Positions 22,954 through 35,289 of a stretch of DNA of 64,000 bases are shown here, piece after piece. The stretch comes from Bolinopsis microptera (lineage: Eukaryota). The translations under genes and the position numbers were made by a program. The notes under the pieces are model-generated. The model made no database searches and was not told the DNA's origin. It saw only the letters and a program-made list of their open reading frames with translations. Every line of letters begins with the position of its first letter. The first letter of the stretch is position 1. Location: positions 4,810,797-4,874,796 of the forward strand of contig NC_087080.1 in NCBI RefSeq assembly GCF_026151205.1, written 5' to 3'.

Positions 22954-23811
22954 GTAGAGGCTCTTACGGGCATTGTCTGCTCGATACGTTAGGGACCCCA
23001 GATACACCTTACTAGACGTATTTTTGACCGTAAAATCGATTGAAAGTGGTTTCAAGATGATTGGACTGATTGTTCTGGGGTAAAATCGCAAAAAAACCGA
23101 TTTTTGGGCCAAAAATAGGCCAAAAAACCATGTTTTTTGATATTTTGAGCAAGTTAATTTTGTTGGCATGTCGGCAAAACTTGCATAAAGATAACTAAAA
23201 GACAGCCGCACAAGATTGTATAAAAATAAAACAAATCCCTCTATTTGTTCTGAGGTAAAAATCCAAAAAAGTGGTAAAAATTTTGACTTTTTTGCTTGAA
23301 GTTTGAATAATTTTTTGCAGTTGTATTAAATCAACCCAAAAATAATCACATCGTGTTTGCCTAAATTTTTCCTTTCCGAGAAGTACCCACTTCATATACT
23401 TTATCGAAGTTTGAATATTTTCACTCCGCAAGCGTTTTTGCCAAATTTTCGACGCGCACTACGCGCAAAAGCATTTAGTTGTTATCAATTGGCACCCGCG
23501 CGTTCATCATAAATTTCAAACAGCTATAACTCAGCGAGATTATGTCCGTTCTAGCTCATATTTTCACACTAAATAGAAAATAATGTGATCTTATTGCTGA
23601 CAAAATATGAATATAATTACTCTATTTGCCTTAGAGTAATAGACTGTCAAAGTTTAAAACGCGCATTGGTATAGCACGTGACTAATGAGGCCAAATTTAT
23701 ACTTCTTAACATATTATCGATCCTTAGACATCATACTATTGTGTCCAATTAGCGGTTAGGTCTCTAAACTCGTAGCAGAAAACACGTCTTTTTGCCCGTA
23801 AGAGCCTCTAC
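22954..23811. mobile_element. MITE-A copy 3 (independent insertion)
   Basis: Same 19-bp TIRs, flanked by TA...TA in a different genomic context (ccactaTA|gtagagg ... cctctac|TActatcc). Confidence 0.75.
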
Positions 23812-24019
23812 TACTATCCACTATGTACTATAATGTACAATGGCAATTAAAATGTGTTCCCGCAATTTTAAAATGCGCGCATCTTGCGCCGTGACCATGA
23901 CGGTCACAGCGCATGCTGGTGAACGGAGGTAGGCTGGTGAACGAGTTATTGGGACAAAATTGGAACATTTTGGAACATTGGTTACATCGGTTGTAGACAT
24001 GCAGTGATTCCCAAACTTG

Positions 24020-24170
24020 GTTTGAGTGGTCCTAGGACCAATCTAAACGCTTTCCGGCCAGTTTTAAACCGTTCTGAGCACTTTTAGTTTTAGGAGAATA
24101 TTAATTTTTGTTCATTTTCGTGCATTCCATGAACCTGGGTAATTTTCATGCTCATTGGAATTTAGAAGGT
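24020..24170. repeat. Diverged fragment of the 797-bp palindromic-unit family
   Basis: ggtcctaggaccaatctaaacgctttccggccagttttaaaccgttctgagcactttt...cattccatgaacctgggtaattttc resembles ggtcctaggaccaaccaaaactccttcagaccaattttgaaccattatgagcactttcagg...cattctatgaacctgggtcattttg. Confidence 0.55.
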
Positions 24171-24479
24171 AAAATAACTCACATAACAGTGCTCCCGACA
24201 AGTTTCACGGATATAGTGATTGAGTTTCTAGTCACCTAGCCTCTTGGCCTGAAAGATTTCTTGTTCGGCAGGGTGACTGCTTGAACGTCAACTTCAACCT
24301 TTCCCACTGTGCACTGCATCGAATCGAGGTAGAGTTGTTAACTGAAATATTACATTCAGTCTAGCGACCTTTAAATCTGGGTCAAACTTAGTATTTCTGA
24401 AAGTTTCGCAAAATGTTATTGATTACAGAGGGTGTGTCACGCCACTCTCTCCTTAAGATCTTGCAGATGTTAGCACCAT

Positions 24480-25180
24480 ACCGTACCTGTTCATTATAAT
24501 AGCCCTAGACTATTGCATGAGACAAGCCTTAAGCAAGCACCCTGAAATAGGATTTACCATTAAGCCTTATAGGAGTAGGAGAGTCAAGGTGGAGAAGATA
24601 TCGGTCACTGGTTTTGTGGATGACATTGCTCTGATAGCAGATACTGAAAAGGAGACAGAGACGCTGATGCAAGAGATAGAAAGGGTTGCTGCCACAGTGG
24701 GACTTAGAATGAATGAAGGGAAAAACTAAATTCATTACTCAGAACATCGAGAACCCTGATACCATCAAGTCTCTGGGTAACCATGCTGAAATTTCTTTGA
24801 ACTAGAACACAGTAAACCAATCTGTAACGAGTATAACTTCCTGACTGTCCACAATCGTCATAAGTTGCACTGTTTACTGGAAATGTTTAAAATTAATAAG
24901 TTCCAATCACCAGTCTCAATGTTCTCTTTATTCAACAGGTCACCAAGACGAGACAACTACTTCATCCCACCCACTCCGTCCTCACTATTCATCTACCAAT
25001 CAACCAGTATTTGGAATCACTGCCGTAAGTCAACGAGTGAAATAGACTTCTCCACTCCTATCAGTATATTCAAGAATAATCTTAAGAAAGCTTTGTTAGA
25101 ACTACAATCTAAATATGACAGACAACTATGGTGCAGTTACAACTTTGATGCAAATGAATTATCATTGAAATAGGTTAATT
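24480..25180 (+). mobile_element. Degraded LINE fragment (RT palm and C-terminal region)
   Basis: ORF 24517-24729 reads GFVDDIALIADTEKETETLMQEIERVAATVGLRMNEGKN (xDD motif region). ORF 24865-25173 is the downstream tail. Confidence 0.55.
24517..24729 (+). CDS. RT fragment (FVDD motif region)
   Basis: See the mobile-element entry. Confidence 0.5.
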   Translation: MRQALSKHPEIGFTIKPYRSRRVKVEKISVTGFVDDIALIADTEKETETLMQEIERVAATVGLRMNEGKN

Positions 25181-26504
25181 AACTAAACTTAATCATATGA
25201 GTAAACCACGGTGTTATTGCAAAGAACCATGACAAGGGTATCAGACCTATATATTAATCTAAGAGACGAAACAAAACGAATCATCATACAACAAATTTTA
25301 AAATCCTGCGGCACAGGATCCTGTTGTTTTCCTACTCTGCCTCTCCCAAACCCCTCTCCTTCCCCTTTCTTCAGGTTTATTCTTCAATTTTTTAAATTAG
25401 ATAGCAGATATATTTTCTTTCGAATTAGTAATGGCATTATACATTATTTGGTATCGTATGTATGTTGTGTTTAGTGTTTGCTAACTAGGTATGTGCTGTA
25501 TATTTTGAAGAATTTTGAGGCTCACGACGTCTCGTCCCATGGGTTGAGTTGTAAGCTGAGTATATGTTCAAATCGCCTTACTTCGTATGGTGAAACATCG
25601 ACAGGTTTGCCTTGACCTTTCGGACTAGTGTTTGCCCACCGGGGATCAAAAAATATGATCACCATGAACATTACTTTGACACGTGAACTTATCAAACGAC
25701 TGTAATGATTCCATTAAATTTTCTTAGTATATTTAGCTAGTTTATAGTAGATACACACGATCACAGAATAGAAGAGCACAATTGGGCTCTTTGTTCTGCG
25801 ACCGTGTTTCCTCGGTGGGCCGACAGGTTTTTGTTGTGTAGTAGTGCTGGGGAAAAAACACGCTTTAAATATCAATGAATGTAAATATTGTTAATTGACA
25901 TTAGTGCCACAGTTTATGTGGTAAAAACAAATTTATGGTCAAACATTATATATCGTAGAAGGGCATGATTTACCCACATCACTAAGCATCTGGATGGATA
26001 ATTAGCACACAAGGATAAACTGACCTTTAAACATGACCACCAGCTATACCACGTAATCATAGCTCCAAAATAAATAAATTGCTCTACATAGAAACATCTG
26101 GCCTGATCTTATCACATTGTGGTCCCCTGGGGTTCGGTAAAGCCCTTACAGGCAACTGGGTCCTTTTACCAGCCACAATAAAACTAGTCATGCCAGTACT
26201 GTCATAAACTGTAACCAACTATTTAAAAATAAGATATCTTTTGCTAGAATTTTACATTTTAAGCCATAGAGCAATCTTCTCAATTTTAAAATTTAAAAAT
26301 AACATTTTACCCTAACTATGATGTGGTGGCATTTCATACTTAACTAAAATTCAACTTTGAAAGTCAATAGATTATTAGTCACAATGAAATTATAGTTTAA
26401 GACATCCATTTTGCATTGTGTTTCCAATATTAGAATTTATGATATGTATTGATTGAATAATTGGTAATAAATTTAACTTTTGTTTTATTAACTTTTGTTT
26501 TATT

Positions 26505-26690
26505 AAAGAAAGCCTGTCTCTGAAGAAGGAGAGACGATAAAAACGTGATACGATACGGTATGTTGAAATAAAGCCTGTCTCTGAAGAAGGAGAGACGATA
26601 AAAACGTGATACGATACGGTATGTTGAAATAAAGCCAGTCTCTGAAGAAGGAGAGATGATAAATACGTGATACGAAACGGTATGCGAAAG
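26505..26690. repeat. 61-bp tandem repeat x3
   Basis: aagcctgtctctgaagaaggagagacgataaaaacgtgatacgatacggtatgttgaaata is repeated. Confidence 0.85.
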
Positions 26691-27200
26691 CTATGTAGTT
26701 GATCAGACTTAAAGTTACGTGTTCTTAAGAGGGTGAGAGGTTCTTTAGTAAGGCCGACTGATTAAATGAGGCCCTGAAATGAACAGGAATCTAGCAATAA
26801 TAGCATGGAGAGTGGGGAAAATCAAAACGCGGAATAATAATCTAACTCTAAGTTAACGATAAACTGGTACAGAAATCAAAAGTCCGAACACGGAGTCTAG
26901 GAGTAGGAAATAGCTGTGAACCAAACAAACAGAATGGCACCCGTGCATGATATATTAAAATATGTACCGTTCTAGGATGCCTCCGCAAACTTTTGCTCCT
27001 CTGTAAATGCACGTGTTAGTGCTGTAGCGAAAGCTATGTAGTCGATCAGACTTCAAGTTACGTGTTCTTATTAGGGTGAGAGGTTCTTTAGTAAGGCCGA
27101 CTGATTAAATGAGGCTCTGAAATGAACAGGAATCTAGCAATAAAAGCATGGAGAGTGGGGAAAATCAAAAAGCGGAATAAATAATCTAACTCTAAGTTCT
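26680..27200. repeat. Two ~170-bp direct repeats (26680-26850 and 27020-27200) around a ~170-bp spacer
   Basis: gaaagctatgtagttgatcagacttaaagttacgtgttcttaagagggtgagaggttctttagtaaggccgactgattaaatgagg...aatctaactctaagtt appears twice. Confidence 0.7.
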
Positions 27201-27334
27201 CCACTACCTGAATATTGATCGGGAACAGGTTAGCCGCGTATGTGGAAAGAGTGAGTTAGATTATAGGTAACAACGGGTAGTCTCAAGCTACCCGTCTTTG
27301 CACCGTAACTTAGCCATCTGATCTAGAAGAGGAA

Positions 27335-27470
27335 GGAAGGTTATCATCTACACATACTGTATTAGGAAGTTAATCGTGTCCTAGCTACAGATCATACCTT
27401 ATTAAGAAGTTTATCGTATCCTGAAAAAAATACCTTATTAGGAAGTTTATCGTGTCCTAGAAACAGGCCA
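27335..27470. repeat. ~43-bp tandem repeat x3
   Basis: taccttattaggaagtttatcgtgtcctag variants in tandem. Confidence 0.7.
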
Positions 27471-28619
27471 TATAACAGAATTATCACTTTCTCCTCCTCC
27501 CAATCCACAGTATTCCGGAGTTTCTGCAACGTCACTAAAACTGCAAAACATTGTAAGTTCATATGTAGATTCTATAAAAGGTTTGAATTAAAGCAGAGAG
27601 GTTAATAAGCACTTATCATATTTAGATTATAGTTCAGTCAGTTTTTTTGAGACGCCTCCATGAACCACCACGGGGCGACCTGCCCAGTAGTAAGAGCTGC
27701 CCAGTAGTAAGAGCTGCAGGAAATCACAAAAGCAATGAGGGTTATTGAAATTAAAGGACTTTTGTCATTTATGGGTGCTTGTATAATAATTTTACCGCAA
27801 GATTTTGATAATCTTTGTAATAAACTAGTGCAATGATTGGACAAGTCACAATCAACAATGATAAAAGTGTTTTATATAAAATAACCTAAAGCGAGAATGT
27901 CGTTAGTTAACTATAAAATACAGTACCAAGCGATGTATTAAAGTAACACAATTATACTCGTTCTAATTGATATTAGCTTACTTTGATTCAACGAAAACCT
28001 ACCTTTTATCTGCTTTCGTGAAATTCAAAAGTGATGTTAAAGTAACACGAGCCCTTTAAAGCTTGCAGGGGTTCCTCCTATTATCGTTGATCAATTATGT
28101 ACCAAGTACACTATGTAATACAGCAAAGTCGTCAGTCGATAACTGCTGTTAAACTTAAAGCCATGAAAGTTCAAAGCGAGTGCAGAAACAAGAAATGGCG
28201 CGAAATCATAATGTTCAAGCCACACGTACAACGTATGATCTGCATTATGCTCCTTCATCAACTAATTCTAGTTTTAAACGATTTTGACACGCTAAAATGC
28301 GCGCGTGGATTTGCGCGGCGCGTAGAAAAATTTTAAAGCTGTCGGATAGAGGTTAATAAATTTTTCTACTGTCAACACAGCCCAAGTTATTCATGTTTTA
28401 ATATCAAAAAATGTCCGATTTTTTTGTATTATTTTTAACTAATTTCCTTTTCAAATCGCTGCCACATCAAAATTATTTTACGAAAGTAAAGTATTTTACA
28501 AAAAGCAAGCTCAATCGTTTTAGAACTAAATTAAAAAAGAATTTAATATAAAAATGTTAAAACTTTAAAATTATCGATGGAATAAATTGCCAACGTCCAA
28601 ATGTGTGTAAAATACGACG

Positions 28620-29010
28620 AAGGGAGGTCACAACACTGCGCGCAGGAGTGATTATAGCCTGTGCAGCAACAGTACACGCGCTTTAACCTAACCATGTGCT
28701 TTCGCGCCACTCACTGCAGCGTGCAGGCGCGCTCGTTTCACACGGGAGGCGAGCGGAGAGGAGTTTAAAGATAATTAATAGAGATAAGGCTAAAATACAT
28801 ATATAAATAGATAAAGATAGCGATTAGAATATTAAATAAAGATTTTGGCCCATGTGTGCAATTTTACAAAAATGACACACATGGGCCACCTAATGATATA
28901 CATGATAAACCTGCTAGCGCATGTGTATCAAAAAATTTTTTGACACACATACGCTACCTAGGAAGCGCATGTGTATCATTATTTTTTTTGACACACATGC
29001 GCTTCCATAA
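28620..29010. repeat. Additional inverted copies of repeat segments seen at 7740-7930 and of the gacacacatgcgc hairpin family
   Basis: 28620-28830 is the reverse complement of 7740-7930. 28850-29010 carries cgcatgtgtatcaaaaaattttttgacacacatacgc hairpins like 15040-15180. Confidence 0.7.
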
Positions 29011-29039
29011 TATGGCAGTGATATGTTAACATTGGATAA

Positions 29040-30220
29040 ATTTCAACACCTGAACAGGGTAAAAATTTGTAAATTTCGTCACAAAAAAATTATAACTTTA
29101 TTTGCTCTGTGTTGGCAAAATAACTAATTTATCGACATAGTGATGGTGATAAAGTAACATTATATACTAATTGAGGTATGATTCTTCAAAATAGGGGCAA
29201 GAAATGTAAATTTCGTCACATCAGCCATTGCATTAGTTAGATAGATTCTCTTTCATATCAACTGCCCTTATTATTGTTGGAATGGATTTATACAGGAAAT
29301 ATAGAAACCCATGCCCATTTGTCATCACATTGAAATTATACTGTTGGGGCAGGAAATGTAAATTTCGTCACATTTCGGTAAATTAGTGATATCAAACTCA
29401 GCATTGTTAAACTTGAGTTCTGATTTGCTGAAAAATAACCTACCAATAATTCCTGGAAGAATATTGAATTCTAATCGGGGTATGGTTCTTCAAAATAGGG
29501 TCAAGAAATGTAAATTTCGTCACATACGTCATTGAAAATTTAGATACATTTTATTTCACATCAACAGTCCTAATTATAGTTTGAAATGATTAATTCAGAG
29601 ATAAAGGAAATATAGAAACCCATGCCCATTTTTCATCACATTAAAATTATACTTTTGGGGCAGGAAAAGTGAATTTCGTCACATTTCGGTAACTTAGTAT
29701 AATTAAACTCAGAATTGTCAAACTTGAGTTCTGATGATCTGCTGAATAATAACCTACTAATAATTCCTGGAAGAATATTGAATTCTAATCGGGGTATGGT
29801 TCTTCAAAATAGGGTCAAGAAATGTAAATTTGGCACATACGTCATTGTAAAATTTAGATACACTTTCTTTCACATCAACAGTCCTAATTATAGTTTGAAA
29901 TGATTAATTCAGAGATAAGGAAATATAGAAACCCATGCCCATTTTTCATCACATTGAAATTATACTGTTGGGGCAGGAAAAGTGAATTTCGTCACATTTC
30001 GGTAACTTAGTATAATTAAACTCAGAATTGTCAAACTTGAGTTCTGATGATCTGCTGAATAATAACCTACTAATAATTCCTGGAAGAATATTGAATTCTA
30101 ATCGAGGCATGTTTCTTCAAAATAGGGTCAAGAAATGTAAATTTCGTCACATCAGCCATTGCATTAGTTAGATAGATTTTCTTTCATATCAACTGCCCTT
30201 ATTATTATTGTGACAATTTT
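29040..30220. repeat. Satellite-like tandem repeat, ~305-bp unit (with ~150-bp subrepeat), about 3.5 copies
   Basis: gggcaagaaatgtaaatttcgtcaca...ggaaatatagaaacccatgcccattt recurs at regular intervals. Confidence 0.8.
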
Positions 30221-30231
30221 TTTCTATCCGT

Positions 30232-31478
30232 GCATCGTCCTTATATACAGTTTTCCCGCCTTCCAAACCAAAATCAGATATAAATGATTTCGGCAATTCA
30301 CCCAAAATTTTAAATTCCATATAATGTGACAGAATTTACATCATTTCCCAATAAGTGCATGTATTTGCTAACTTTTCAAAACAACATATTTTAGGGCTAT
30401 GATTGGTAGAAGAACCATCAAATAATGAGTTGAAAGGGTTTTGAGGACACCTCACAGTAGAAAAGAGGTATCGCATTCTGAGTGTGACAAAGTTTACGAA
30501 ATATTGCCATAAAACCGTTCGATCCCTGCCCTTCAGCCAAATGTTGCATCATAATTGTTAGAATGACCTAATCTACTATATTTTAAACCAAAAAATGCTA
30601 ATTGGGCAGCTATGGTTAACACAGTCACAAAAATGTGACATTTTTTACATTATAGTGCCTAAAAACAATAAATTGTATTTCTGAGCCGTGTATATGGAAG
30701 TATGGGTCACGTGGCTACTGGCTAATGTCCAGAACTTCTGAACACGCTATTTTTTTTGGTTTACCAATATCCTTAAACTTCAACATGAACGTGTCCATTT
30801 ACGATTTCGTATCATTTTGTGACGATGTTTACATCAACTGCCCTATACTTCAATCAACTGTATCCGTGTATCGTCCTCATATAATAGAGTTTCCCGCCTT
30901 CCAAACCAAAATCAGATATAAATGATTTCGGAAATTCACCCAGAATTTCAAATTCCAAATAATGTGACAGAATTTACATAATTTCCCAATAGCCAAGTGC
31001 ATGTATTTGTTCACTTTTCAAAACAACATATTTTAGAGCTATGATTGGCAGAAGAACTATCAAATAATGAGTTGAAAGGGTTTTCAGGACATCTCACAGT
31101 AGAAAAGAGGTCTCGTATTCTGAGTGTGACAAAGTTTACGAAATGTTGCCTTAAAGCCGTTCGATCACTGCCCTTTAGGCCTACATTGTATCATAATTGT
31201 TAGATTGACCTAATTTACTATATTTTAGACCAAAAAATGCTAATTGGGCAGCTATGGTAAACAATGTCACAAAAATGTGACATTTTTTACATAATAGTGC
31301 CTAAAAGCAATACATTTTATTTTTGAGCAGTGCATATGGGAGTATGGGTCACGTGGCTAATGTTCAGAACTTATGAACACGCTAGATTAATAAATGTTAA
31401 AATTAAACCACTATCGTCAAAAACGCTGTTTTAGAAATTTACCAATTTCCTCAAACTTCAATGAACGTGTCCATATAA
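30232..31478. repeat. Tandem duplication of a ~650-bp unit
   Basis: ttcccgccttccaaaccaaaatcagatataaatgatttcgg...gggtcacgtggcta appears twice in a row. Confidence 0.85.
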
Positions 31479-31485
31479 TAATATT

Positions 31486-31488
<3 letters not shown>

Positions 31489-31525
<37 letters not shown>
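31489..31525. repeat. Poly-G homopolymer (about 37 G)
   Basis: Direct reading. Confidence 0.9.
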
Positions 31526-31526
<1 letters not shown>

Positions 31527-31667
31527 GTCACGTCCGTCTATGTCCGCTTGTCTCATAGAATCCAAAAAGGACAGGACATAGGCGGACATAGACGGACATA
31601 GGCGGACATAGGCGGACATAGGCGGACATAGACGGACATAGGCGGACATAGGCGGACATTAATGGAC
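31526..31667. repeat. Hairpin (17-bp stem) followed by 10-bp tandem repeat (ggacataggc)n
   Basis: cgtccgtctatgtccgc...gcggacatagacggac forms the stem, then ggacataggcggacatagac... in tandem. Confidence 0.8.
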
Positions 31668-31804
31668 ACCTAAATTGCTAAATAAAATGTTCAATTTTTG
31701 CTGTTATAGGGGGATCATGTTTTTTGTCCGTTCGGTACCCTATATTTTCAAAACGGACAAAAAATAGAGCGGACAAAAACGGACAAAAATGGAAATAACA
31801 TTTA

Positions 31805-34800
31805 GATGCTTCCTCCTCCTACTCTTCCTCCTCCTCCCCCTGGGTCTTCCTGATCTTCCTCAGTCCTCTTCCTCCTCCCCTCGGCCTCCTCAGTCCTCCT
31901 CCTACTCCTCCTCCTCGTCCTCAGTCCTCCTCATCAGTCCTCAACAGTCCTCCTCCTCCCCAGTCCTCCTCCTCCTCCTGAGTCCTCCTCCTGGGTCCTC
32001 CTCCTGGGTCCTCCTCCTCCTCTTCATCCTCCTCCTCTTCCTCCTCAGTCCTCAGTCCTCCTCCTCATCCTTCTCCTCAGTCCTCCATCCTCCTCCTCAG
32101 TCCTCCCCCAGTCCCCCTCCTCCTCCTCCTATTCAGTCCTCCTCCTCCTCCTTCTCAGTCCTCCTCAGTCCTCCTCCTCCTCCTTCTCAGTCCTCCTCAG
32201 TCCTCCTCCTCCTCCTCCTCCTCCTCTTCCCTCTCAGTCATCCTCCTCAGCCATCCTCCTCAGTCCTCCTCCTCCTGGGTCCTCCTCCTCCTCTTCATCC
32301 TCCTCCTCTTCCTCCTCGGTCCTCAGTCCTCCTCCCCCTGGGTCCTCCTCCTTCTCATCAGTCCTCCTCCTCCCCAGTCCTCTCCCAGTCCCCCTCCTCC
32401 TCCTCCTCCTATTCAGTCCTCCTCCTCCTCCTCCTCAGTTCTCCTTAGTCCTCCTTCTCATTTCTCCTAAGTCCTCCTCCTGAGTCCTCCTCCTCTTCCT
32501 TCTGAGTCCTCCTCCTGAGTCCTCCTCCTCCTCCCTCTCAGTCATCCTCCTCAGTCATCCTCCTCAGCCATCCTCCTCAGCCATCCTCCTCAGTACTCCT
32601 CAGTCCTCCTCCTTCTCAGTCATCGTCAGTCCTCCTCCTCAGTCCTCCTCAGTCCTCCTCCTTCTGGGTCCTCCTCCTCCTCCTGGGTCCTCCAGCCTCC
32701 TGGGTCTTCCTGATCCTCCCCAGTCCTCTTCCTCCTCCCCTCCTCAGTCCTCCTCCTACTCTTCCTCCTCGTCCTCAGTCCTCCTCATCAGTCCTCAACA
32801 GTTCTCCTCCTCCCCAGTCCTCCTCCTCCTCCTGGGGCCTTTTCCTGGGTCCTCCTCCTGGGGCCTTTTCCTGGGTCCTCCTCCTGGGTCCTCCTTCTCC
32901 TGCTCAGTCCTTCTCCTCCTCAGTCCTCTTCTTCCTCTTCCTCCTCCTCCTCCCTCTCAGCCATCCTCCTCAGCCATCCTCTTCAGCCATCCTCCTCAGC
33001 CATCCTCCTCAGTCCTCCTCCTTCTCAGTCCTCGTCAGTCCTCCTCCTGAGTCTTCCTCCTCCTCAGTCATCCTCCTGAGTTCTCCTCCTCCTCCTCCTC
33101 CTCCTCCTAGGTCCTCCTTCTGGGTCCTCCTCCTCCTCCTCCTCCTGGGTCTTCCTGATCCTTCTCCTCCCTCTCAGTCATCCTCCTCAGCCATCCTCCT
33201 CAGCCATCCTTCTCAGCCATCCTCCTCAGTCCTCCTCAGTCCTCCTCCTCCTCCTGGGTCCTCCTCCTCCTCCTCCTCCTGGGTCCTCCAGCCTCCTGGG
33301 TCTTCCTGATCCTCCCCAGTCCTCTTCCTCCTCCCCTCCTCAGTCCTCCTCCTACTCTTCCTCCTCGTCCTCAGTCCTCCTCATCAGTCCTCAACAGTTC
33401 TCCTCCTCCCCAGTCCTCCTCCTCCTCCTGGGGCCTTTTCCTGGGTCCTCCTCCTGGGTCCTCCTCCTCCTGGGTCCTCCTCCTCCTGGGTCCTCCTCCT
33501 CCTGGGTCCTCCTTCTCCTGCTCAGTCCTTCTCCTCCTCCTCCTCAGTCCTCTTCTTCCTCTTCCTCCTCCTCCTCCCTCTCAGCCATCCTCCTCAGCCA
33601 TCCTCTTCAGCCATCCTCCTCAGCCATCCTCCTCAGTCCTTTTCCTTCTCAGTCCTCGTCAGTCCTCCTCCTGAGTCCTTTTCCTCCTCCTCCTCCTCCT
33701 CCTCCTCCTAGGTCCTCCTTCTGGGTCCTCCTCCTCCTCCTCCTGGGTTTTCCTGATCCTTCTCCTCCCTCTCAGTCATCCTCCTCAGTCATCCTCCTCA
33801 GCCATCCTCCTCAGCCATCCTTCTCAGCCATCCTCCTCAGTCCTCCTCAGTCCTCCTCCTCCTCCTGGGTCCTCCTCCTCCTCCTCCTCCTGGGTCCTCC
33901 AGCCTCCTGGGTCTTCCTGATCCTCCCCAGTCCTCTTCCTCCTCCCCTCCTCAGTCCTCCTCCTACTCTTCCTCCTCGTCCTCAGTCCTCCTCATCAGTC
34001 CTCAACAGTCCTCCTCCTCCCCAGTCCTCCTTCTCCTCCTGGGGCCTTTTCCTGGGTCCTCCTCCTGGGTCCTCCTCCTCCTGGGTCCTCCTTCTCCTCC
34101 TCAGTCCTTCTCCTCCTCCTCCTCAGTCCTCTTCTTCCTCTTCCTCCTCCTCCTCCCTCTCAGCCATCCTCCTCAGCCATCCTCTTCAGCCATCCTCCTC
34201 AGCCATCCTCCTCAGTCCTCCTCCTTCTCAGTCCTCGTCAGTCCTCCTCCTGAGTCCTCCTCCTCCTCAGTCATCCTCCTGAAATCTCCTCCTCCTCCTC
34301 CTCCTCTTCCTCCTAGGTCCTCCTTCTGGGTCCTCCTCCTCCTCCTCCTCCTGGGTCTTCCTGATCCTTCTCCTCCCTCTCAGTCATCCTCCTCAGTCAT
34401 CCTCCTCAGCCATCCTCCTCAGCCATCCTTCTCAGCCATCCTCCTCAGTCCTCCTCAGTCCTCCTCCTCCTCCTGGGTCCTCCTCCTCCTCCTGGGTCCT
34501 CCAGCCTCCTGGGTCTTCCTGATCCTCCCCAGTCCTCTTCCTCCTCCCCTCCTCAGTCCTCCTCCTACTCTTCCTCCTCGTCCTCAGTCCTCCTCATCAG
34601 TCCTCAACAGTTCTCCTCCTCCCCAGTCCTCCTCCTCCTCCTGGGGCCTTTTCCTGGGTCCTCCTCCTGGGTCCTCCTCCTCCTGGGTCCTCCTTCTCCT
34701 GCTCAGTCCTTCTCCTCCTCCTCCTCAGTCCTCTTCTTCCTCTTCCTCCTCCTCCTCCCTCTCAGCCATCCTCCTCAGCCATCCTCCTCAGCCATCCTCC

Positions 34801-35050
34801 TCAGTCCTCCTCCTTCTCAGTCCTCCTCAGTCCTCCTCCTGAGTCATCCTCCTCCTAGGTCCTCCTTCTGGGTCCTCCTCCTCCTCCTCCTCCTGGGTCT
34901 TCCTGATCCTTCTCCTCCCTCTCAGTCATCCTCCTCAGTCATCCTCCTCAGTCATCCTCCTCAGCCATCCTACTCAGCCATCCTTCTCAGCCATCCTCCT
35001 CAGTACTCTTCAGTACTCTTCAGTACTCTTCAGTACTCTTCAGTCCTCAA
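31805..35050. repeat. CT-rich (CCT/CTC-rich) satellite with about 600-bp higher-order periodicity, about 3.2 kb
   Basis: Pure pyrimidine strand apart from scattered AG. The block gggtcttcctgatcctccccagtcctcttcctcctcccct recurs near 31845, 32700, 33300, 33900 and 34500. ORF 31789-32448 is a low-complexity artefact. Confidence 0.85.
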
Positions 35051-35060
35051 AATGTTTGCC

Positions 35061-35289
35061 TGCTAATGTCCACTAATGTCCGCTAATGTCCATCCAAGTC
35101 CGCCAATGTCCGTCCGGGTCCGCCAATGTCCGTCCGAGTCCGCCAATGTCCGTCCGAGTCCGCCAATGTCCGTCCGAGTCCGCCAATGTCCGTCCGTGTC
35201 CGCCAATGTCCCAAAAAACACGTCCGTTGTCTCATAGAATCCAAAAAGGACAGGACATAGGCGGACATAGACGGACATGACACCCCCCC
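35061..35289. repeat. 20-bp tandem repeat (tccgccaatgtccgtccgag)n plus hairpin plus poly-C; inverted counterpart of 31489-31667
   Basis: The reverse complement of the right end, gggggggtgtcatgtccgtctatgtccgc, matches the left end ggggtgtcacgtccgtctatgtccgc. Confidence 0.75.

Noticed and set aside
22849-23431. ORFs of 120 and 78 aa
   Set aside because: They lie inside MITE-A copy 3. The other copies are not open in the same frames.
31789-32448. 219-aa ORF, Pro/Ser/Leu-rich
   Set aside because: It is a translation of the CT-rich satellite: low-complexity, with no start context and no splice signals.
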